64,000 nt of DNA, taken from NCBI GenBank assembly GCA_018970425.1, contig JAGWWK010000001.1, positions 49,004 to 113,003 on the forward strand, written 5' to 3'. The stretch comes from Patescibacteria group bacterium. Lineage in GTDB: Bacteria > Patescibacteriota > Minisyncoccia > Phycocordibacterales > Phycocordibacteraceae. Position numbers and translations under genes: made by a program. Under the pieces are notes generated by a model. It was given only the letters and a program-made list of their open reading frames with translations. It was not told the origin of the DNA and did not search any database. This document shows, one piece after another, positions 18,759 to 28,216 of the stretch; positions within the stretch are counted from its first letter, which is position 1, and the number at the start of each line of letters is the position of its first letter.

Positions 18759-20591
18759 ATGGGAAAAATTCTTGGCATTGACCTTGGTACGACTAACTCC
18801 GCGATGGCTATTGTTGAGGCCGGTGAGCCGCGCATTGTTGAAAATGCGGAAGGTAACCGCACGACACCGTCGGTTATCGCGCTATCAAAAACCGGCGAGC
18901 GACTAGCAGGACTTATTGCGCGCAGACAAGCCGTAACAAATCCGAAAAACACCATTTACCAAATCAAGCGATTCATTGGACACACATTTGACGAGCCCGG
19001 TGTCGAGAAGGATCGAAAATCGGTACCGTTCGAACTGCGGAAAAGTGCTACAGGCGGTATTGAGGTTCTTATGGGTGAAAAGTGGTACACGCCTGAGGAG
19101 GCATCCGCGATGATCTTGTCAAAACTCAAGCGCGACGCTGAAGCGAAGCTTGGTGAGCCAATTACCGAGGCGGTTATCACGGTACCTGCGTACTTTAATG
19201 ACGCGCAGCGGCAGGCGACCAAAGACGCAGGCCGGATTGCTGGTCTCGACGTAAAGCGCATAATTCCAGAACCAACTGCGGCTGCTCTCGCATACGGATT
19301 CGACAAAAAGAAAGATGAAAAAATTGCCGTGTTCGACTTCGGAGGCGGAACCTTTGATATATCTATTTTGGAAGTGGGAGCGGATGTCATTGAAGTTAAA
19401 GCTGTTGATGGCGATGCGCACCTGGGCGGCAAGGATCTCGATCAAAAGATAATGGAGTGGCTCGCGTCGGAATTTAAAAAGGAGTCCGGTATAGACATTT
19501 TGACGGATCCACTCGCTCGGCAGCGTCTTGACGAAGCGGCAGAAAAAGCAAAGATTGAACTTTCAACTGCTGTTGACACAGAAGTCAACATTCCGTTCAT
19601 AACCTCAGATGCATCCGGTCCAAAACATCTCCTCATTAAGCTCTCGCGAGCGAAACTTGAGGAACTTGCTCGCGAGTACATTGACCGCGCGATGCTGATC
19701 ACTAAACGCGCGATGGAGGCGTCGCCGTTTAAAGTAGGAGACATTGACGAGGTTGTGCTCGTCGGAGGCCAGACGCGTATGCCGGCCTTGCAGCAGGCAG
19801 TGGAGCAATTTTTCGGAAAGAAGCCGCACATGGGTGTAAACCCAGATGAGGTAGTCGCAATCGGAGCCGCGATCCAGGGCGGGATCCTGCAGGGCGATGT
19901 TAAAGATGTACTTCTTCTTGATGTCATTCCGCTCTCCCTGGGAATTGAGACGATGGGCGGTGTGGCCACGAAGCTGATTGAACGCAACACCACCATACCG
20001 ACCTCACGCTCGCAGGCCTTTTCAACTGCGGCAGATAACCAGACTTCTGTTGAGATACATGTCATTCAGGGTGAGCGCGCGATGGCGAACGACAACAAGT
20101 CGCTCGGCCGCTTCCACCTTGATGGCATAGCACCCGCGCCGCGCGGCCTTCCGCAAATAGAGGTATCCTTTGACGTCGACGCCAACGGAATACTGAGCGT
20201 CAAGGCGAAAGACAAGGCAACCAATAAAGAACAATCGATACGCATTGAGGCACGGTCAGGACTCTCTGATGCGGATATTGAAAAGATGCGCGCTGATGCA
20301 GAAGCGCATGCTGACGCGGACCGAGCGGCTCGAGACTTAGCCGAAGCGCGAAACGCGGCAGATGCACTCCTCTACGCGGCGCAGAAGTCTCTTACTGATT
20401 CTGCAGACGCGGTACCGGCCGACATTCGGCAATCAGTCGAGAGCGCGATGAGCACGCTGCGCACCGCGCATGGCGGCACGGATAGCGAAGCAATACGCTC
20501 GGCGACCAACGCCCTGAACGCGGAGATGCAAAAGATCCCTAGGCGAGAAACCCCACCGGGAAGTGACGCAGCAAGTACGCCAGAGAAGTAA
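18759..20591 (+). CDS. dnaK: Chaperone DnaK
   Basis: [33 protein letters not shown]. Confidence 0.98.
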   Translation: MGKILGIDLGTTNSAMAIVEAGEPRIVENAEGNRTTPSVIALSKTGERLAGLIARRQAVTNPKNTIYQIKRFIGHTFDEPGVEKDRKSVPFELRKSATGGIEVLMGEKWYTPEEASAMILSKLKRDAEAKLGEPITEAVITVPAYFNDAQRQATKDAGRIAGLDVKRIIPEPTAAALAYGFDKKKDEKIAVFDFGGGTFDISILEVGADVIEVKAVDGDAHLGGKDLDQKIMEWLASEFKKESGIDILTDPLARQRLDEAAEKAKIELSTAVDTEVNIPFITSDASGPKHLLIKLSRAKLEELAREYIDRAMLITKRAMEASPFKVGDIDEVVLVGGQTRMPALQQAVEQFFGKKPHMGVNPDEVVAIGAAIQGGILQGDVKDVLLLDVIPLSLGIETMGGVATKLIERNTTIPTSRSQAFSTAADNQTSVEIHVIQGERAMANDNKSLGRFHLDGIAPAPRGLPQIEVSFDVDANGILSVKAKDKATNKEQSIRIEARSGLSDADIEKMRADAEAHADADRAARDLAEARNAADALLYAAQKSLTDSADAVPADIRQSVESAMSTLRTAHGGTDSEAIRSATNALNAEMQKIPRRETPPGSDAASTPEK

Positions 20592-21649
20592 TGGCACTCG
20601 ACTATTACCAAGTACTCGGCGTTGAGCGCTCCGCGTCGAAGGACGACATAAAGAAGGCGTTTAGAACGCTGGCGCATAAGTACCACCCAGATAAACCAGG
20701 CGGAGACGAGAAAAAATTCAAGGAGGTTAGTGAGGCATACGCGGTGCTGTCCGACGACAAGAAGCGTGCCGCGTATGACGCGTACGGTAGTGCGCACGGG
20801 GGTGGCGGATTTGATGGGTTCGACTTCTCTCAATTTTCCGGATTCCAGGGCGCACACGGGTTCAACGTCAACATCGACGATCTGTTTGGTGGATTTTCTG
20901 ATATGTTTGGCGGAAAGGGGAGGGAACGACGTGGTCGAGACATCTCGATCGACCTTCAGCTTTCATTTCGCGAGTCCGTGTTTGGTGCAGAGCGCACCGT
21001 CACTCTGACGCGAGATACGGCATGCGCGCGCTGCTCAGGCAATGGAGCAGAGCCGGGGTCAAAGCTCGTCACCTGCGCGACGTGCTCGGGGAAAGGTACA
21101 GTCATTGAGAGCCAGCGCTCGCCGTTCGGCGTATTCTCCCTGTCTCGTGCGTGCGGGAGTTGCTCAGGTCGCGGCACTATTCCTGAGAAGCCGTGTACTG
21201 CCTGTGCCGGCAGAGGGGTAACTCGAGGAAAGGGGGATGTGCATGTCAGGATTCCTGCCGGCATTGAAGACGGTCAGACCATTCGGATGAGTAAGTACGG
21301 AGAAGCGCTCCTCGGTGGTGCACCGGGCGACCTGTATGTAACAGTACATGTAGTCGCGGATCCTGCGTTTCGCCGCGAGGGATACCATCTCATAACAGAG
21401 CTCCCCATTAAAATTACTGACGCGCTTCTTGGGGGGACGCACACGGTTGCAACGCTAGACGGTCCCACAACTATTGACATCGAGCCGATGAAATCGACAG
21501 ATGAACTCGTGCGTATCAAAGGAAAAGGGGTCCCGCATGGTGCCGGACGTCGTGGCGACTTAGTCGTGCGTGTTCGAGTAGTACTACCCGAGAAGCGTTC
21601 CAAGGGCGCTATGGAACTGTTGAAAAAATTGCGTGATGAGGGAATGTAG
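20591..21649 (+). CDS. dnaJ: Chaperone DnaJ
   Basis: J-domain HPD, G/F region, four CxxCxGxG repeats. Confidence 0.97.
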   Translation: MALDYYQVLGVERSASKDDIKKAFRTLAHKYHPDKPGGDEKKFKEVSEAYAVLSDDKKRAAYDAYGSAHGGGGFDGFDFSQFSGFQGAHGFNVNIDDLFGGFSDMFGGKGRERRGRDISIDLQLSFRESVFGAERTVTLTRDTACARCSGNGAEPGSKLVTCATCSGKGTVIESQRSPFGVFSLSRACGSCSGRGTIPEKPCTACAGRGVTRGKGDVHVRIPAGIEDGQTIRMSKYGEALLGGAPGDLYVTVHVVADPAFRREGYHLITELPIKITDALLGGTHTVATLDGPTTIDIEPMKSTDELVRIKGKGVPHGAGRRGDLVVRVRVVLPEKRSKGAMELLKKLRDEGM

Positions 21650-21670
21650 GGTATACTCCGCATAGTCCAC

Positions 21671-22168
21671 ATGGACACTGCAGTTTCACCAAACGTCAGT
21701 GCCGCTCTCAACCTAACAGCCGACTTTTTCCTTGCCTTCGGCTCCGATTTGTTTGTTTTCGGGACGCTGTGCGTCCTCGTGCTTCTATATGCGATGACCT
21801 ACGGGCGTGACCGCTTGGTTCCACTTGCGGCAGCACTCTACACGGGTCTCGTCGTCATGGCGTACTTCCCGTACGAGAGTATGTTCGGAGGGTCAGCCTA
21901 CATGGAGGCCGGCGCGTATATGGGTATTGTCTGTATTGGTACGGCGGCGTACTCGGGACTCTCAAGCTGGCTACCAAGCTCAGCGGGCAGCTTTGTGAAG
22001 ACCGCGCTTTTTTCTGGAGTGCTAGCGCTCTTTTTTGTAGCAATTGCAATCCACCTCTTTCCTGGCTTGTACTCATGGAGTCCAGCAACGCTCGCGCTTT
22101 TCAGTGAAGAACTGCTGTTTTGGTGGCTCCTCGCACCGCTTGCCGGCGCCCTTGCTTTCAGTAGATAA
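21671..22168 (+). CDS. Multi-pass membrane protein, unknown function
   Basis: 165 aa, about 5 hydrophobic segments. Confidence 0.7.
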   Translation: MDTAVSPNVSAALNLTADFFLAFGSDLFVFGTLCVLVLLYAMTYGRDRLVPLAAALYTGLVVMAYFPYESMFGGSAYMEAGAYMGIVCIGTAAYSGLSSWLPSSAGSFVKTALFSGVLALFFVAIAIHLFPGLYSWSPATLALFSEELLFWWLLAPLAGALAFSR

Positions 22169-22229
22169 AGTCTATGCATAGCAGTTCACAACATCTTCCG
22201 GCCTGTCGTAGAACAGTCCTTGCGTTCTC

Positions 22230-22949
22230 ATGCGGATAAAGTACTACTCGATCCTCCCGTTCGTCTTTCAGTTTCTTTTTTGGCGCATGAGTATGCGCAT
22301 TTTTTTTAATTTTTTTGTGAGGCTAAGAGTCACAGGCATAGAACATCTTGCCGATGTCTCAGGTCCGGTGGTGTTTGCTCCTAATCACATGTCAGAAGTG
22401 GATGCACTTCTTCTCCCACTAGCGCTTCCCAAAATTTCTAAATTTTCACCAGTTTATTTTGTTGTGAAAGAACGGCGGTTTTACAACACTTCTACTTTTG
22501 GCTGGAGGCGTCACTTATATCAATCATGGATCTTTAGGATGCTCGGTGCATTTGCAGTACGGTCGGGATTACAGGACTATGAAACTGCTCTTAGTTCGCA
22601 TGTTGACCTTCTCAGACGCGGAGGCGCGGTTTGTATCTTTCCTGAGGGTCGAATGTCTAAGACTGGCACCCCGGGTCGAGCTCATGGCGGCATGGCGTAC
22701 CTAGCAGTGCGCTCGCCGGCTGCCGTTGTTCCTGTGCGGATTCATGGCACAGCGCATCTATCGCTCGTCCGCTTTTTTTTGCGTGCGCACTCTGTCTCAG
22801 TTGAATTTCTTCCGCCTCGCTCATTGGTCGTCCCAGCAGGCACCCCTGAAGACTACCGGCGCGCAGCACAAGGTGTACTTGACGAGGTATACCGGCCCGC
22901 GACCACTGAACTGACTGCATTTGCACACGTTCCTGCGCCTGCAGTATGA
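22230..22949 (+). CDS. PlsC-family (lysophospholipid) acyltransferase
   Basis: NHMSEVD (HxxxxD) and IFPEGRMS motifs, VVPVRI. Confidence 0.88.
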   Translation: MRIKYYSILPFVFQFLFWRMSMRIFFNFFVRLRVTGIEHLADVSGPVVFAPNHMSEVDALLLPLALPKISKFSPVYFVVKERRFYNTSTFGWRRHLYQSWIFRMLGAFAVRSGLQDYETALSSHVDLLRRGGAVCIFPEGRMSKTGTPGRAHGGMAYLAVRSPAAVVPVRIHGTAHLSLVRFFLRAHSVSVEFLPPRSLVVPAGTPEDYRRAAQGVLDEVYRPATTELTAFAHVPAPAV

Positions 22950-24076
22950 AGACAGTCGGTCTTTTAATGGCCCTGTTTGGCGATCTTTTGATTCGGTTCT
23001 CCCCGCGGGCAGAACCTCTCACAGGATTTGCTTTTATCGTGCATCCGCGCTCACAATCTGACATACTTAAAAAGTATCCTTTCCTTAGGTATTTTCCGAA
23101 TTGGATTATTGACTCAATCATGCGCAGGCTCTGGCCTGTTACAGTGAGTCGCATAAGCGGACTGAAATCAATAGCTGGAGAAGAGGTATGTGGATTTGTG
23201 ATATCTATACCGCTTACTGCTCGCCAGATGCTGGAACACCGCTCTGCCGCGGTAGCAGCAGTACGCGCGGCTATAGATCTCGGCAAGGCTCGAGGGGTCA
23301 AAATGTTCGGGCTTGGCGGACTCACATCATCGGTTACCAAAGGAGGTATGGACCTACTAGATATACCAGAAATTGTTCTTACGACGGGTCACGCGTATAC
23401 CGGGGTGAATGTCACTCGTAACGTTTTTGAGATAATCAAAAGGCGACAGCAGGCAGTCGATCAGCAGACAATCGCGATTGTAGGGGCTGCAGGGTCTATA
23501 GGCTCAATATCTGCTCAAATCTTAGCTCGTGCAGGGGTACAACGGCTAATTCTTATAGATCTTGAGCGAAAAAAAGAGTTAGTAGAAGCATTAATTCCTG
23601 AACTTATGCGTCTGCAGCCGCTTCTCTGCATTGAGACAACTCACCATCTTTCAGACTTGAAAAAAGCGCACTATATCATAGCAGCTACAAATGCCCCAGA
23701 AGCTCTGATTCATGCAGATGATCTCTCGCCAGGAGCTGTTGTTGTAGATGATGCTCAGCCGTCAGATGTTGCAGACGATGTGCTAGAGCGAAGTGACGTG
23801 CTCGCTATTGAGGCGGGTGTCGTACATACGCCCGGAATTAGTGTAAATTTCGACATGGGGCTCAAGAATCGATATGACAATTTCTGTTGCTTGGCTGAAC
23901 TTTTGATTCTCGCATCCCGATCGTATTCAACGCACTACGTCATCAACCGACCATCACTCGCGCATGTCGATGAAATAGCTGCATGGGGTGATGCATTGGG
24001 TTTTAAGATTGCAAAGTTTCAAAATCGAAAAGCGATGCTGGAACGAGAGCACCTCCAGCGTTGTGGAGTACAATAA
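22946..24076 (+). CDS. Acyl-ACP reductase-like NAD(P)-dependent oxidoreductase (COG5322-type)
   Basis: FAFIVHP, GLGGLTSSV, LTTGHAYT, AIVGAAGSIG Rossmann motif, DDAQPSDV, CCLAELLIL; these parallel cyanobacterial AAR motifs. Confidence 0.75.
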   Translation: MKTVGLLMALFGDLLIRFSPRAEPLTGFAFIVHPRSQSDILKKYPFLRYFPNWIIDSIMRRLWPVTVSRISGLKSIAGEEVCGFVISIPLTARQMLEHRSAAVAAVRAAIDLGKARGVKMFGLGGLTSSVTKGGMDLLDIPEIVLTTGHAYTGVNVTRNVFEIIKRRQQAVDQQTIAIVGAAGSIGSISAQILARAGVQRLILIDLERKKELVEALIPELMRLQPLLCIETTHHLSDLKKAHYIIAATNAPEALIHADDLSPGAVVVDDAQPSDVADDVLERSDVLAIEAGVVHTPGISVNFDMGLKNRYDNFCCLAELLILASRSYSTHYVINRPSLAHVDEIAAWGDALGFKIAKFQNRKAMLEREHLQRCGVQ

Positions 24077-24093
24077 GGATATTCAAAACGACT

Positions 24094-25713
24094 ATGGAGA
24101 TAGATAGCATTAGCGTGCTTGTAGTTGCTGTAGCGGTTCTGAACATTTTGTATGGACTTGTCGTGTATGCACGCAATAGTCTTGATGGTACGAGTCGATC
24201 CTTTTTTATACTAACCATCTGCGTATCACTGTGGGGCGTCAGTATGGTCTCGCTCCGGGCATTTACTGACCCGATCATCGCTACTTGGAGCGCCAGGGCG
24301 CTGTATGCCAGTGCCGCAATGATACCGCTCGCGTCGCTTTACTTCGCGTACATGTTTCCTTCAGAGAGGCGACATATCCGACTTCTCTTGGGGGGATGTA
24401 TTGCGTTGCCTTTTCTGGCAGCATTTTTTATTTCTCTATGGGCCGATGGTTTGATTCAAGGGGTTACTATTGTGCACGGCGTTGAGCCCGTTATTCACTT
24501 CAACTTTGTATTGCATGCGGGGTACGTAGGCTACATTGTTTCTTACTTCCTAGCAGTATTTGTCGTACTGTTCTACAAATACGGAACGTCACGGGGGGTG
24601 CTGCGGGCTCAGATCGCCTATATTCTCGTCGGAACTCTCATAACAACAGGTACTGCTGTCGGTACAAATCTACTCTTGCCTTTTGCCGGAAACTATACAC
24701 TGAATTGGGTAGGTCAAGTTGGAACACTCGCGATGATCACGTCCATAATGTATGCGATCCTCAAGCATCACTTATTTAGTGTAAAAATCATCGGAACGGA
24801 AATTATCGTTTGCGCTCTTTGTCTCGTTCTATTCTCACAAATATTTGCGACCCCTAGCTTTGAAGACCGAGTTCTAGCGTCCCTTATTTTCGTCGCAGCA
24901 ATGATAATTGGGTACCTGCTCGTGAAAAGTGTAAGTCGGGAAGTAGGTCAACGTGAAGAAATAGAGCGACTGTACGAGAAGCTTGAGCGCACCAATGAGA
25001 GACTCACTGAGTTGGATCGGCTGAAATCGCAATTTCTGTCGATAGCGAGCCATGAGCTCCGTGCCCCTCTTACCATCGTGCGAAACTTTATGTCTATTAT
25101 GCTCGAGGGATCGTACGGCAAGATACCACCAGCCGCGGAGGAAGCTGGACGGCAGGTATTTGAGCGCGTGACCGATATGACGCGCGCGGTCGATACGTAC
25201 TTAAACGTATCTCGCATAGAGCAGGGGAAAATTACTTACGCCTTCGCTCCTGCCGATTTATCTGACCTCGTTACTCGAGCGGTAGCTGACATGCGGCCGC
25301 ACGCGGAGCGAAAAGGCCTCGAGCTCGAGTACCAGACCGCGCTACATGCAGACGCGATTCGCGCACGCGTCGATGCGCCTAAAATTACTGAAATTGTCAC
25401 GAATCTGATCGACAACGCTATTCGCTACACCCCGCGAGGATCAATCACGGTTTCGCTAGCAGTCCATGGCGGATCTGCGGTGCTTTCAGTGCAGGACACT
25501 GGCGTGGGTATGACACCACACACGCAGAAGCATCTATTCAAACTCTTTACGCCAGGGGAAAACGCTAAAACTATCAACCCGGCATCAACCGGCGTCGGAC
25601 TCTTTGTGTCGCGCGCGCATGCAGAGGCGCATCGCGGGACGCTTGTTGGTCGCTCGCGAGGGGTAGGGGAGGGATCCACATTTGTCCTCACGATACCGCT
25701 TGCCGGTAGGTAG
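24094..25713 (+). CDS. Membrane sensor histidine kinase (HisKA_7TM-like N-terminus)
   Basis: Multiple TMs; ASHELRAPL H-box, NLIDNAIRY, DTGVGM, GVGLF; probable start ATG 24094. Confidence 0.92.
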   Translation: MEIDSISVLVVAVAVLNILYGLVVYARNSLDGTSRSFFILTICVSLWGVSMVSLRAFTDPIIATWSARALYASAAMIPLASLYFAYMFPSERRHIRLLLGGCIALPFLAAFFISLWADGLIQGVTIVHGVEPVIHFNFVLHAGYVGYIVSYFLAVFVVLFYKYGTSRGVLRAQIAYILVGTLITTGTAVGTNLLLPFAGNYTLNWVGQVGTLAMITSIMYAILKHHLFSVKIIGTEIIVCALCLVLFSQIFATPSFEDRVLASLIFVAAMIIGYLLVKSVSREVGQREEIERLYEKLERTNERLTELDRLKSQFLSIASHELRAPLTIVRNFMSIMLEGSYGKIPPAAEEAGRQVFERVTDMTRAVDTYLNVSRIEQGKITYAFAPADLSDLVTRAVADMRPHAERKGLELEYQTALHADAIRARVDAPKITEIVTNLIDNAIRYTPRGSITVSLAVHGGSAVLSVQDTGVGMTPHTQKHLFKLFTPGENAKTINPASTGVGLFVSRAHAEAHRGTLVGRSRGVGEGSTFVLTIPLAGR

Positions 25714-25731
25714 TTGTGGTATAGTTCCCGC

Positions 25732-25812
25732 ATGATCACGCTCACAGCACTCGGAGGCCTTGCTCTCGGAACTGCGATTGGCGTATTTGTTACTGACGTT
25801 TGGATTCTTTAG
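25732..25812 (+). CDS. Putative 26-aa hydrophobic micro-peptide
   Basis: MITLTALGGLALGTAIGVFVTDVWIL; TGg-TATAGT exactly 6 nt upstream. Confidence 0.5.
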   Translation: MITLTALGGLALGTAIGVFVTDVWIL

Positions 25813-25816
25813 AGAT

Positions 25817-25891
25817 ATGATTGGCTGGATCCTTTTGTGGATTCTAATCGGCGTGGGCATCGGCTACGCGGTGCGTAAATGGTTCTACTAG
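25817..25891 (+). CDS. Putative 24-aa hydrophobic micro-peptide
   Basis: MIGWILLWILIGVGIGYAVRKWFY; TM followed by basic residues; 4 nt after previous stop. Confidence 0.5.
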   Translation: MIGWILLWILIGVGIGYAVRKWFY

Positions 25892-25913
25892 CCCCCTGTG
25901 CTACCATAGCGCT

Positions 25914-26855
25914 ATGTCAAAAAAGCGTCGCCTCACTGGACTTCAACCCTCCGGGAATCTCCACATTGGTAACTACTTTGGAGCACTGAAGCCATTTGTC
26001 GATGAGTACCGAAACTACGACAGTATTTTGATGGTCGTGGACTATCACGCGCTTACGTCACTTAAAGACGGCCCACAGCTCAGGGCACACATCCTCTCGG
26101 CAGTCCGCGACTATCTAGCAGTAGGCATAGATCCTAGCTCGCTCGTCCTCTTTAAGCAGTCAGATGTGCTTGAGCACACAGAGCTTGCGTGGATCCTTGA
26201 CTGCCTTGTCACGGTCCCGTTTCTTATGCAAGGGCACGCGTACAAAGATAAACTCGCGAAAGGACTTGAGGCAAATGCAGGACTTTTTACATATCCAATG
26301 CTCATGGCCGCCGACATTCTCCTGTATGACACAGAACTGGTACCCGTAGGCGAAGATCAGCGTCAACACGTCGAGTATGCGCGAGAAGCAGCAGCAAAGT
26401 TTAATTTGGCTTTCGGGCAGACGTTTCTTGAACCAAAGGAGCAAATTTCTGCGAATGTAGGAGTCGTCCCGGGTACAGACGGTCTAAAGATGAGTAAAAG
26501 CTACGGTAATACTATCCCACTTTTCGGCAACAGGGATGAGACCGCGCAGGCAGTAATGAGCATCGTGACAGATTCAGCTGGAGACGTCCCCGCTAACGTA
26601 TACGCCATACACAAACTCTACAAGACTGAAGCAGAGCTTGCGCCGCTCTATGAATCCAACAAGGGTAAGTACAAGGCACTAAAGGAGGCGCTGATAGAAG
26701 ATATAGAAGCGCATGTAGCACCTATGCGCGAGAAGCGTGCGTCGATCTCAGACGACGATGTGAAGCGCGTACTAGTCGAGGGTGCAGAAAAAGCGCGAGC
26801 GATTGCGAGCGCTAAGATGGCTGACGTTCGCCAAAAAATCGGCGTTGCGCTATAG
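25914..26855 (+). CDS. trpS: Tryptophan--tRNA ligase
   Basis: GLQPSGNLHIGNY, YPMLMAADIL, VPVGEDQ, KMSKS. Confidence 0.96.
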   Translation: MSKKRRLTGLQPSGNLHIGNYFGALKPFVDEYRNYDSILMVVDYHALTSLKDGPQLRAHILSAVRDYLAVGIDPSSLVLFKQSDVLEHTELAWILDCLVTVPFLMQGHAYKDKLAKGLEANAGLFTYPMLMAADILLYDTELVPVGEDQRQHVEYAREAAAKFNLAFGQTFLEPKEQISANVGVVPGTDGLKMSKSYGNTIPLFGNRDETAQAVMSIVTDSAGDVPANVYAIHKLYKTEAELAPLYESNKGKYKALKEALIEDIEAHVAPMREKRASISDDDVKRVLVEGAEKARAIASAKMADVRQKIGVAL

Positions 26856-26862
26856 TAAAAAG

Positions 26863-28185
26863 ATGGCACGAACACTCATACGGGATCTCAAAAGCGCGGT
26901 AGGCAAAGAGGTAACGATCAAAGGCTGGGTCGATGTTCGGCGCGATCAGGGCAAACTAATCTTTTTCGACATTCGCGATCGCTCGGGGAAGGTACAAGCC
27001 GTTGTGCTCCCCAAGAGTCCTGCTCTGGACGTTGCAAAAGACGCAGGACTCGAGTATGCAGTTGAAGTCAAAGGCAAGGTAAATGCACGACCAGAAAAAA
27101 ACGTAAATGCAAAAGTTCTTAATGGAGATATTGAGCTTGAAGTCGCCGAAGTGACTGTGCTTGGAAAAGCCGAGCCGCTTCCGTTCGACATGTCAGCAGA
27201 TGGATTTAATCTTGACCTCACGACCGAGCTCGATCATCGTGCGCTCACTCTTCGTCATCCGCGTCTTCAGGCCATATTTAAAGTCAGCGCGGTCATTATT
27301 GACAGCTTCCGCGAGTTTATGAAGTCGCAGGACTTTTTTGAGTTCCAGGCTCCATCGATAGCCCCCGCGACCGCTGAAGGTGGAGCGGAAGTCTTCCAAG
27401 TTCAATATTTTGATAAAAAAGCGTATCTATCGCAGTCGCCGCAGCTCTACAAGCAAATTGTAATGACGGCGTTTGAGCGCGCATTCTCTGTAAACAAGGT
27501 CTTTCGTGCAGAGCCATCAGCTACGACTCGTCACCTCACTGAAATAGTCATGCTCGATGCTGAGATGGGCTTTATTGACTCGTGGACCGATGTTCGCGAC
27601 ATGGCTGAAGCTACAGTGCGCTACATCCTTACTCAAGTTGGCACAAAATGCAGTGCTGAACTCGAGTTTCTCGGGGCTACGCTACCGACAATGATCGATA
27701 AAACACCGACGTACTCGCTTAAGGAAGCGTTCGAAAAATTGGGCATACCTGAAGATAAGGATCTTAACCCTGAGCAAGAGCGTGCCTTGTGCGAAGTGGT
27801 AAAGAAGGAGACTGGCTCTGACTTCGTATTCGTTTGGGGCTATCCAACGAAAAAGAAGCCATTCTACGTGTATCCACACCCAGAAAATCCAGAAGTGAAC
27901 GAAGGTGTTGACCTGTTGTGTCGCGGCGTCGAGTGGCTCTCAGGTGGCCGACGTATAAATGACTACGAGCAGCTTATGAAGCATGTGAACGAGTGGCAGA
28001 TGGATCCAAAGAAGATAGAAATGTTCCTCGAGGCGTTCCGCTACGGTGTGCCACCTGAAGGCGGGTTTGCGTTCGGTGCAGAGCGCATGACCATGCAGAT
28101 ACTCGGACTTAAGAACATTCGCGAGGCAGCTATGTTCCCCCGCGACATGCACCGAATAGACCACCCGTTAAGTGCTCTGGACTAG
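26863..28185 (+). CDS. aspS: Non-discriminating (archaeal-type) aspartate--tRNA(Asp/Asn) ligase
   Basis: OB-fold GWV..RDQG, AEGGAEVF, LSQSPQLYKQ, FRAE, GGFAFGAER, FPRD; no GAD insert; start ATG 26863. Confidence 0.88.
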   Translation: MARTLIRDLKSAVGKEVTIKGWVDVRRDQGKLIFFDIRDRSGKVQAVVLPKSPALDVAKDAGLEYAVEVKGKVNARPEKNVNAKVLNGDIELEVAEVTVLGKAEPLPFDMSADGFNLDLTTELDHRALTLRHPRLQAIFKVSAVIIDSFREFMKSQDFFEFQAPSIAPATAEGGAEVFQVQYFDKKAYLSQSPQLYKQIVMTAFERAFSVNKVFRAEPSATTRHLTEIVMLDAEMGFIDSWTDVRDMAEATVRYILTQVGTKCSAELEFLGATLPTMIDKTPTYSLKEAFEKLGIPEDKDLNPEQERALCEVVKKETGSDFVFVWGYPTKKKPFYVYPHPENPEVNEGVDLLCRGVEWLSGGRRINDYEQLMKHVNEWQMDPKKIEMFLEAFRYGVPPEGGFAFGAERMTMQILGLKNIREAAMFPRDMHRIDHPLSALD

Positions 28186-28216
28186 CACGCTACTTCTGCG
28201 CTCTTGCGTTCTGCGC

